Positions 1 through 7,988 of a DNA stretch of 64,000 nucleotides are shown piece after piece. The stretch's first letter is position 1; each line of letters begins with the position of its first letter. The translations under genes and the position numbers were made by a program. The notes under the pieces are model-generated. The model was not told the DNA's origin. It made no database searches and saw only the letters and a list, made by a program, of their open reading frames with translations. Origin of the DNA: an uncultured delta proteobacterium (GTDB lineage: Bacteria; Desulfobacterota; RBG-13-43-22); assembly GCA_963790475.1 (NCBI GenBank), contig CAWBOS010000006.1, positions 672,001-736,000 on the forward strand. Direction: 5' to 3'.

Positions 1-1
1 A

Positions 2-56
2 TTGACAAGGCTCATCCCAATTCGTTATTGTATTTATATCGAATACCATTAAATAC
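2..56 (+). promoter_or_regulatory. sigma70-type promoter of the TA operon with an inverted-repeat operator
   Basis: TTGACA at 2-7 and TATTGT at 26-31; inverted repeat GTATTTA (30-36)-N13-TAAATAC (50-56); GGAGG RBS before the ATG at 69. Confidence 0.6.
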
Positions 57-68
57 GGAGGAATATAG

Positions 69-299
69 ATGAGAGTATTAACCGTGAGGTTGCCTGAAGT
101 TGTAGAAAAAAAGGTGCGGTTAAAGGCCAAACTGGAACACAGATCGGTGTCAGAACAAATCAATAAATACATTCATGACGCCATTATTTGTGAGGAAAAT
201 TCCGATTTGCCTTATTCCTTTATCAAGGAAACCCTTCAGGCCAAAGCGGAAATTGAGGCGGGACTGGGGAGTGAATATCCATTCGGGATATTAAAATGA
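69..299 (+). CDS. ParD-like antitoxin (ribbon-helix-helix type)
   Basis: 76 aa, TVRLPE...HRSVSEQI...EENSDLPYSFI pattern; ATGA overlap with the downstream toxin. Confidence 0.8.
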   Translation: MRVLTVRLPEVVEKKVRLKAKLEHRSVSEQINKYIHDAIICEENSDLPYSFIKETLQAKAEIEAGLGSEYPFGILK

Positions 300-574
300 T
301 CAATGTTATTGCTTCCAATCAAGTTCTAAAATTTAAAAAGAAGGCTTCTTCCAAGTTTCAGTTGGAAATAGATAAACAGGTAAAGACCATCATGGAAAAT
401 CCCGAGATAGGCCGATTAAAAAAAGGGGATTTGAAAGGAATACGAGTACTAAAATTCGAATATAATCGGCAAGGCTATCTTTTATCCTATGAAATAAAGG
501 GGAATATTTTAGATTTATATCTGATCGGCAGCCATGAAAACTTTTATTCAAAATTAAAAAAGTATTTGCGTTAA
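296..574 (+). CDS. RelE/ParE-family type II toxin
   Basis: 92 aa, basic, NPEIG..KKGDLKGIRVLKF...IGSHENFY motif. Confidence 0.85.
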   Translation: MINVIASNQVLKFKKKASSKFQLEIDKQVKTIMENPEIGRLKKGDLKGIRVLKFEYNRQGYLLSYEIKGNILDLYLIGSHENFYSKLKKYLR

Positions 575-614
575 AATCAGGTAAGCTCCGATTATGAGTT
601 AATTTAAATTTCCA

Positions 615-1480
615 GTGGCCTTAGCCTCTCTTGAACATTCTACTGGTGCCTTTTTGATCGGGATACTGATATCCACGAAACTAATCAGTTTCCGGAGCCT
701 GGTGGTTATTACTTTTTTCGGAGGGATTGTCAATGCCATTGACTCCCCGACCCGAATGGCCTTTATCGTCGAATTGACAGACCTGAGGTCTTTAGGAAAT
801 GCGATCGCCTTGAATTCTCTCGGATTTAATATCGCCCGGGTGATAGGACCGGCCGTGGGCGGGTATCTGGTCGGAGCGATCGGAACAGACATGTGTTTTT
901 ATCTGAATGCGGTTGCTTTTATTCCTGCTATTCTCGGGACCTATCTTCTCAAGGGTGACTTTTCCGCAAAAGTTACCAGGGGGAATTCCGTCAAAGAGGC
1001 CTTATTTGACGGAGCCCGATATGTCCGAGCCAATAAAAAAGTTTTTTATTCCCTTTTGCTGGTGGCCACCTCTTCCACCTTCGTCATGCCCTTCGCGGTA
1101 TTAATGTAATCCCCGTATATGCCAGAGATATCCTGAAAGCGGGGCCTCAGGGATTGGGGACTTTATTCTGTTGGCCGGTTCGTTATTGTTTTTCGGCTTC
1201 TCTACCAATTTCGCCTGGTCCTGCCTGTTTCTGGCCATGTTGGGTCTGGGTATCGTTGTGCAGGTGGCCTCAATAAACACCTATATTCAAAGCGTGGTGC
1301 CCAATGAATTAAGAGGAAGGATCATGAGTTTTTATACCTTATGCTTCATGGGCTTCATGCCTATGGGGGCCTTTCAGGCCGGCCTTGTCGCCCATTTCAT
1401 CGGCGCCCCGTTATCCCTGACCTTGGGGCGGTCATCTTGCTGGTTCCGATTTTTGTCATGCTGTTTCGAAAGAAATAAGA
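615..1480 (+). pseudogene. MFS transporter pseudogene (5'-truncated, premature stop and frameshifts)
   Basis: NAIALNSLGFNIARVIGPAVGG motif; stop at 1107-1109 then PVYARDILKAGPQGLG in a shifted frame; ELRGRIMSFY in the 1171 ORF. Confidence 0.8.
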
Positions 1481-1538
1481 TTCATGTTGGACCCAACTTT
1501 ACCTTTAATAATTAACAGGATTGGAATAATTTATTTTC

Positions 1539-1696
1539 CACAGGTTGCTCAAAAAGATCCAGATACAAGGCGCCCGAAATCCTGAGGAATGAGGCGTAGG
1601 TGAAGTACGTCGCAATTAGCCTGCCCCGCTGAAAAACGGGGAGGGTGAGGGCAATCCCGCCAAGGCGGGTAGATGGGCATTTTTCAGCAACCTGTG
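1539..1696. mobile_element. 158-bp MITE-like element with terminal inverted repeats
   Basis: CACAGGTTGCTCAAAAA ... TTTTTCAGCAACCTGTG (16/17 match); non-coding interior with small hairpins. Confidence 0.75.
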
Positions 1697-1697
1697 A

Positions 1698-2537
1698 ATG
1701 ACGACTATGGTTGAAATCATCTTAATGGGCGGGATAGATGAATCCTTTCTCCGGGAGGTTCAAAAATGGGCGGGAACGGTTATTGGGAAAACCGGACCCG
1801 GCGTGGCCCCGGACCGTATTTCCGTTTACCTCTGGGAGAAAGAAAAAGATTTTCAGGAATTCGACCTTCGGGAAAAAACGGAGTTGGGGATTGTCACCGG
1901 TGATGAATCCAACTTTCTGGCCACCCACGAGGCCTGGAGGGGTTACCCCAGGATTCATATATCCCTGGAAAAGATCCGGGGTATTCCTGAAGAAATAATC
2001 CAGGGTGTAGTTCAACATGAGATCGGCCACGCCCTGCTGCACGGTAAGCCGGAATTTTATCGTTTCCTTTTTTCCGAACACCTTCAGGAAACCGCCAGGT
2101 CCAGGGGCCTGGAAATGCCCTTGCTCCAGCAGTTGGTTTATTTGCTTTCTGTGGCTCTGAAAGACGAAGAGGTGGTCAGGCTGTTAAATGGGTGGGGACT
2201 AGGGCTTTATCAAAATCGGTTACTGGAATATTTAACAGAAGATACCGGGGAGGAACAGCAGATTTGGGAACAGATTAAGGATCTACCGGCCCTGAGAAAA
2301 ATAGCCTGGGCTGTTTTTTTAAAAACCCTTCTGCCGATTGAAACTCTGGCCGCATCAAGCGATCCGCAGTCCAGTTCTTTGATAGACCGATGGGAGAAGG
2401 CCTATCCCTGGCTTACCAGCCGGGAAAGGAGCGACCTAAGGGCTTATGCCCGGTGGGTCATTGACCGGCCCTTCAGAAATTTCCAAGATCGATTGGAGCA
2501 AGCCGTTTTGGAAATGATCAGCCATCCTTCGCTGTGA
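1698..2537 (+). CDS. hypothetical protein with HEXXH zinc-metallopeptidase motif
   Basis: 279-aa ORF containing VVQHEIGHALLH. Confidence 0.65.
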   Translation: MTTMVEIILMGGIDESFLREVQKWAGTVIGKTGPGVAPDRISVYLWEKEKDFQEFDLREKTELGIVTGDESNFLATHEAWRGYPRIHISLEKIRGIPEEIIQGVVQHEIGHALLHGKPEFYRFLFSEHLQETARSRGLEMPLLQQLVYLLSVALKDEEVVRLLNGWGLGLYQNRLLEYLTEDTGEEQQIWEQIKDLPALRKIAWAVFLKTLLPIETLAASSDPQSSSLIDRWEKAYPWLTSRERSDLRAYARWVIDRPFRNFQDRLEQAVLEMISHPSL

Positions 2538-2643
2538 TTCTATATAAAATGTCATTGCTGTCCAAAATGGGTTAAGCTTTTTGATCGTCGCTTTGATTTC
2601 ATCTAGCTTTTTGACTTGCTGAGGCCTTTTTCAAAACATGGTA

Positions 2644-2837
2644 CACCGCAGAGACACAGAGGTCACAGAGCAGAAACTTTTTTTATGAAGAAACGGGAGA
2701 TACCGTTTCTTCATATCCTGCCAGCCTGCGGCACCTTGAAAACCACACCATCGCGTAGCGACAGAATTCTTTGCTTTGTGGGTATCTCCCCACAAAGCAA
2801 AAATAGTCTTCTCTGTGTTCTCTGTGTCTCTGCGGTG
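2644..2837. repeat. 194-bp palindromic intergenic element (CACCGCAGAGACACAGAG type)
   Basis: Ends CACCGCAGAGACACAGAG...CTCTGTGTCTCTGCGGTG are perfect inverted repeats; internal hairpins GAAGAAACGG/CCGTTTCTTC and GCTTTGTGGG/CCCACAAAGC. Confidence 0.8.
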
Positions 2838-3078
2838 AAAATTATTTTTTGGATAAGATTGAAAAAATAGATGAAAAAAATGATCGATAAACAACAGGAT
2901 CCCTACATCAACGAAATAAAAATAATCCGTAGTCCCAAAAGGAAAAGGACCATAAGTGCCCAGCTGACCAAGGGGGTATTATCGGTCAAGGCCCCGGCAG
3001 GCATTTCCGACCAGGATCTTGAAAAAACAATTTCCAGACTCAACCTAAACGTTGCAAAAGAAATCGCCAAATTTTGAA

Positions 3079-4455
3079 TTATGCTGCCATTTTAAAAGTA
3101 TCTAAGAATTTGAACAAACCATGTTTAACGACTTCATTACCACTCATAGTAAGAGTCAGGTTACCCTGGGGTGCTGTGAGTCTTCCTGCTCTTTGAATAT
3201 AACGATGGCGGATCCATTTTAATTCATGAAAATTCCAAAGCGGGGTTCTTTTCTCGGAGGTTCCTCGATCTCTATCCCGGGTAGCCATTTGTAATTCCCG
3301 GTTCAGGTTATGGGCAAAAATAGCCGCTATCATGTAACATTGGTTTCCTGAAAGTTTCTTAACCGCAATATAATCCAGTTGGCTTTGGGATTTCAATTCC
3401 CCAAAGACACTCTCCTGACTTCCTCGACCATTGTGAAAGACCAGGATCTTTTTAGCAGAAATCCTCTTGTTGGTTACGATGACCTTATACTCGTACCCAT
3501 ATTCTAAAGGGATAAAGAGATCCAATTGAATCGGGGCTTTTTGGATTTGCTTGCATCGTTGTCGTATAAAAACAAAACGGAACTTTACCGGCCATTTTTT
3601 CGGTTTCCAGGGGGTTTCAAAATACGACCAGCGATTATTTAAATGACGCCAACGCACTCGATTTTCAATCATCGATTTTAATTCGGCAAAGCGTTCAAAA
3701 GGAACGCTGAGGGTAAATTCGATGGATTCCTGGTCTAATAAGGCAACTATTTCCTGGCTGAAAAAAGCGCTATCCATCCGGACCTCAAGCGTAATACCCG
3801 GCAGTTCTTGTTTGAGCCAGCTAAGGCATTGATGGATAAACTCACTGGCCCCATTCGAATCATGGACATTGCCGGGGCGATGATAGAAATCAAATACTTG
3901 TCCGGTTTGGGCAATGGTACAAAAAAGGGGATAGTAACTTCGGGCTCCCTTCTTTTTCTTGTTAAATCCAACCGCCGTGCCTTCGGCTTTTCGGGATGTA
4001 GATAAAACTGATCCATCAAAGTCAACGGTTAATCGACTCAGACCAGTTTTTTGGAGACGTTCGATAACCATCTGGCGGTTCAGTTCTCGGATTTTTTGGA
4101 TGGCTTTTGGATCGGTACTTTTTAAGGCGCGACAAACCGTAGAGACATCCGGGAGGCGTTTCATTCCTAATAGTCTTTGAACCAAAGGATCATCTTTATA
4201 ATAGTCCATATCCCGGAGTCTTCGAAAGCCCAAAAGAATATGGATAATCAGCAGCATCATAATTACATGATGTCCTATAATTTCCGAGACGTGCAGGTGA
4301 CGAAAACACTGGCGCAGTCGTTCTTTCAAACCCAGTTTCTGAAACAAAGGATGAAAAATTATCAAACCTGAAAAGGATGTAAGTTTCTGATCTTCAAATC
4401 GGATCTGAGGAGTTTTATATGCTCGACTAAAAAAATGCCTTTTGCTATACTTCAC
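3079..4455 (-). CDS. IS1380-family DDE transposase
   Basis: LTVDFDGSV, YYPLFC, RPGNVHDSNG and VRMDSAFF motifs; likely GTG start at 4455 after a GGAGG RBS (ORF is open to 4524). Confidence 0.9.
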   Translation of the reverse strand: MKYSKRHFFSRAYKTPQIRFEDQKLTSFSGLIIFHPLFQKLGLKERLRQCFRHLHVSEIIGHHVIMMLLIIHILLGFRRLRDMDYYKDDPLVQRLLGMKRLPDVSTVCRALKSTDPKAIQKIRELNRQMVIERLQKTGLSRLTVDFDGSVLSTSRKAEGTAVGFNKKKKGARSYYPLFCTIAQTGQVFDFYHRPGNVHDSNGASEFIHQCLSWLKQELPGITLEVRMDSAFFSQEIVALLDQESIEFTLSVPFERFAELKSMIENRVRWRHLNNRWSYFETPWKPKKWPVKFRFVFIRQRCKQIQKAPIQLDLFIPLEYGYEYKVIVTNKRISAKKILVFHNGRGSQESVFGELKSQSQLDYIAVKKLSGNQCYMIAAIFAHNLNRELQMATRDRDRGTSEKRTPLWNFHELKWIRHRYIQRAGRLTAPQGNLTLTMSGNEVVKHGLFKFLDTFKMAA

Positions 4456-4567
4456 CTTAGGTGGCCTCCAGTGACGGAAAATTGTGTGATGTGCTAATCT
4501 CACTTTAACCAATACTGGAGCCACCTTTCAAGCTCTTTATTACTTTTATTACACTTTTTTTATGCCA

Positions 4568-5464
4568 CTATAGAGTAAAAACAAAACGGAACTTTACCGG
4601 CCATTTTTTCGGTTTCCAGGGGGTTTCAAAATACGACCAGCGATTATTTAAATGACGCCAACGCACTCGATTTTCAATCATCGATTTTAATTCGGCAAAG
4701 CGTTCAAAAGGAACGCTGAGGGTAAATTCGATGGATTCCTGGTCTAATAAGGCAACTATTTCCTGGCTGAAAAAAGCGCTATCCATCCGGACCTCAAGCG
4801 TAATACCCGGCAGTTCTTGTTTGAGCCAGCTAAGGCATTGATGGATAAACTCACTGGCCCCATTCGAATCATGGACATTGCCGGGGCGATGATAGAAATC
4901 AAATACTTGTCCGGTTTGGGCAATGGTACAAAAAAGGGGATAGTAACTTCGGGCTCCCTTCTTTTTCTTGTTAAATCCAACCGCCGTGCCTTCGGCTTTT
5001 CGGGATGTAGATAAAACTGATCCATCAAAGTCAACGGTTAATCGACTCAGACCAGTTTTTTGGAGACGTTCGATAACCATCTGGCGGTTCAGTTCTCGGA
5101 TTTTTTGGATGGCTTTTGGATCGGTACTTTTTAAGGCGCGACAAACCGTAGAGACATCCGGGAGGCGTTTCATTCCTAATAGTCTTTGAACCAAAGGATC
5201 ATCTTTATAATAGTCCATATCCCGGAGTCTTCGAAAGCCCAAAAGAATATGGATAATCAGCAGCATCATAATTACATGATGTCCTATAATTTCCGAGACG
5301 TGCAGGTGACGAAAACACTGGCGCAGTCGTTCTTTCAAACCCAGTTTCTGAAACAAAGGATGAAAAATTATCAAACCTGAAAAGGATGTAAGTTTCTGAT
5401 CTTCAAATCGGATCTGAGGAGTTTTATATGCTCGACTAAAAAAATGCCTTTTGCTATACTTCAC
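4568..5464 (-). pseudogene. C-terminally truncated duplicate of the IS1380 transposase
   Basis: Identical to the first copy up to KFRFVF, then stops at the junction. Confidence 0.85.
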
Positions 5465-5977
5465 CTTAGGTGGCCTCCAGTGACGGAAAATTGTGTGATG
5501 TGCTAATCTCACTTTAACCAATACTGGAGCCACCTTTCAAGCTCTTTATTACTTTTATTACACTTTTTTTATGCCACTATAGAGTCAAGAAAAGAATTAT
5601 CAATAGAAAGCTCAAAAGGGATTTAAATGTCAAAGATGACCTGAAAGAAGTGGCGGAAAGGTTGAATCGGAAATATTTCGGCGGGCGATTGAAAATCGAT
5701 TCAATTGAATACTCAACCAACCAGAACAAGAGATTCGGCTGTTGCAACTTCAAAACCGGAAAAATTCTCATTTCCCACAGGCTGGCCGGCATGCCCGATT
5801 GGGTAAGGGATTATGTGATCTTTCATGAATTGGCCCACCTGATCATCCCCAACCACAGCCGGGCTTTTCAGGCCTTGGCCGCAAAATACAGCCGGAAAGA
5901 AAGGGCCATCGGCTATTTAATGGCCAAGGGATATGAGGAAGAGGAGCCGGACACCGATGAATAAACCTCGAGGTAGC

Positions 5978-6020
5978 AAGGAGATTCATGGCCCGGTTCC
6001 ATATCTCAAAGGATCCACCC
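5978..6020 (+). repeat. 43-bp direct repeat, copy 1 (RBS plus ATG, MARFHISKDPP)
   Basis: AAGGAGATTCATGGCCCGGTTCCATATCTCAAAGGATCCACCC; 42/43 identical to 10857-10899. Confidence 0.9.
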
Positions 6021-6092
6021 AAGCAACCAGGCCTTGCAGTTCCGACCCAATGCCGGTTGACGTCGTCCCCTATGTCCCCCTGGTCTGTCGCC

Positions 6093-6770
6093 TTACCAAA
6101 TGAAGGGCACAAGACGGTAATGCACCTTCTGACGATAAGCATCATAGCCGCTCAAGTTTGTTGCGAGATATTTCTCTTCCTCAAGTAGTCTGACCGCCAC
6201 GACGAGTATCAAAGGCAGGGGACAAGCGATCGCCACCCAGGACCCTAGAGCCGGCGGCGTAAACATCAGTAAGAGGATAGCACCCGCATACATGGGATGC
6301 CGAACCACACGATACGGCCCACTGGAGATCACCTTTTGCTCTTGGGACACTTCGATTACGGCGCTGGTATAACTGTTTTCCCGGAAGACCAGAAAAACAA
6401 TCAGAAAACCAAGCGCCACGAACCCATCGGAAATCAAGCTCACCACCGTCGGCACCTCCGACCAGTGAAAACGAAAATCCAAACCGGGTACGATGAACAG
6501 ACCGACAAAAAACAAACTGGCCAGGCTCTGAATGATTCGCTGACTCTTTTGGGTTTCGGCGGTCGGACCGGCCTTCAGGCGACTGGCTAACAATTTTGGA
6601 TCATATTTGATCAAATAAGCGGTGATGAAGATCGTACAGACTGAGAAGACGGCTAAGTAGGCCCATGCTTGCCAGAAGCTGAGTGTTCCGGCTGGCAAGA
6701 AAAGTGAGAGAAATAGGACCAGCATCAAAAAGGCAAATCCCATAGTGGTTTTCGCAAGTAATGTGCCCAT
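6093..6770 (-). CDS. isoprenylcysteine carboxylmethyltransferase/PEMT-family membrane protein
   Basis: GPYRVVRHPMYAG and EEEKYL..NLSGY..YRQKV.YRLVPFIW motifs; GGAG RBS. Confidence 0.9.
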   Translation of the reverse strand: MGTLLAKTTMGFAFLMLVLFLSLFLPAGTLSFWQAWAYLAVFSVCTIFITAYLIKYDPKLLASRLKAGPTAETQKSQRIIQSLASLFFVGLFIVPGLDFRFHWSEVPTVVSLISDGFVALGFLIVFLVFRENSYTSAVIEVSQEQKVISSGPYRVVRHPMYAGAILLLMFTPPALGSWVAIACPLPLILVVAVRLLEEEKYLATNLSGYDAYRQKVHYRLVPFIW

Positions 6771-6824
6771 TTATATCTCCGTCTTTTTGTCTCGCCATTC
6801 GACTTGATGGCCCAACGGCCCTTT

Positions 6825-7500
6825 TTATCGAGGTGAAGGCACAATCCCAGTGGCGAAGCCCGCCAGCGCGCGCTTCCGGTCTGTTTCCGGACCGAAGTTG
6901 CGCTGCTCCTCCAGCGACAGGCCGCAAGATTTGAGGAACGCCGCAACTCGCTCTCTCACCGGCGGCATGTTGTCGATCCCGAACCCCCGGAATGGCTCGC
7001 CGGTGGCCTTGAGAACGGCTCTGGCGTAGCGCATAAAGAGTGATCGCGACTTGATGATCTCAACCGAGAAGTAGTCGAAGGCGACGACACTGCCGGTAGC
7101 GGTTCCGGCGATCTTGCGCAAAGTACCCTCGACCGCCTCCCGGTCCAGGTACATCGTCACGGACTCCCAAAGGAAAAAGCTTGGCTTGTCCGGCTCAAAA
7201 CCCGCGGTTACAAGCTTCTCGAGCCAATCCTTTCTTAGGAAATCAGCAGGCATGTACCTGACCCGTGTCGTGTCTACGCCTGCCTTCTTCAGCATCTCGC
7301 GCTTGAACTCTTGAGTCTTTGGTCCGTCGATCTCAAAGCATGGGACTCCCGCTTCCGGTCGCAGTCGATATGAGCGGGTGTCGAAGCCCGCGCCGAGAAA
7401 GACGAGCTGGTCGATGTCGGCCAGGTGCCGCTCCAGAGCCGCATCATAAAAGGTCGTCCGGGAGGCGGACTGATGTCTCATCGGGGGCACACCCTCGTAG
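6825..7500 (-). pseudogene. LCM-family SAM-dependent methyltransferase, 5'-truncated
   Basis: RTTFYD...QLVFLGAGFDTR and FLWESVTMYL motifs; no N-terminus; higher GC than its neighbours. Confidence 0.75.
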
Positions 7501-7988
7501 GAGCGTAAATAAGGCCGTTGAAAAAAACAAGCATTATCACCAGGCAGAATAAGAAGACCTTCGAGTTTTTCTTCATAATACCCCCCGAAGTTGCATAAAA
7601 AATGATCAGATGTGGTAATTCTATTTTAAAAAACCCAAGCTATTCTAATGAGTTCAAGAGAGGAGTCAAAAGTCACTCCAGGTGTATTTTGGGATTTACT
7701 AAAATATCAATCATTTTTTACCCTTCGGGAAAGCCGTCTGATGCCGTATCTCCTTTGTTGGCAAGGGTTCGCAGTACTTAAGTACAGCTTCACCCTTGCC
7801 GCCTCGGATCTATAGCATCCTGCGCTTTTGCAGCATTCGGGTATTTTTACCCAATATGGTGCTCACCGGCGTGGCCAGCCCTTTTGCCACGTCTGAGGCG
7901 CCGGCTTTTTGCAGGGGGACCTTTTCTCTTGACTGTGGCCTTTTGACGGGTGAACCCACCCTACCCCACCTTATAGAAATTCCTCTGA

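Larger units (their letters stand above)
3044..5584 (-). mobile_element. IS1380-family insertion sequence (full copy 3044-4575) followed by a tandem partial copy (4576-5584)
   Basis: 4-bp target duplication TCAA at 3040-3043 and 5585-5588; imperfect ends CCTAAACGTTGCA / TGCCACTATAGAG; 1009-bp duplication. Confidence 0.85.
2871..5964 (+). pseudogene. YgjP/M48-family metal-dependent hydrolase interrupted by an IS1380-family element
   Basis: N-part IIRSPKRKRTISA (2871-3043) rejoins in frame with the C-part KKRIINRK...DYVIFHELAHLIIPNHS (5585-5964) once the IS and one TCAA are removed. Confidence 0.85.

Noticed and set aside
2616-2894. ORFs 2616-2870 (+) and 2631-2894 (-)
   Set aside because: They are translations of the palindromic repeat element
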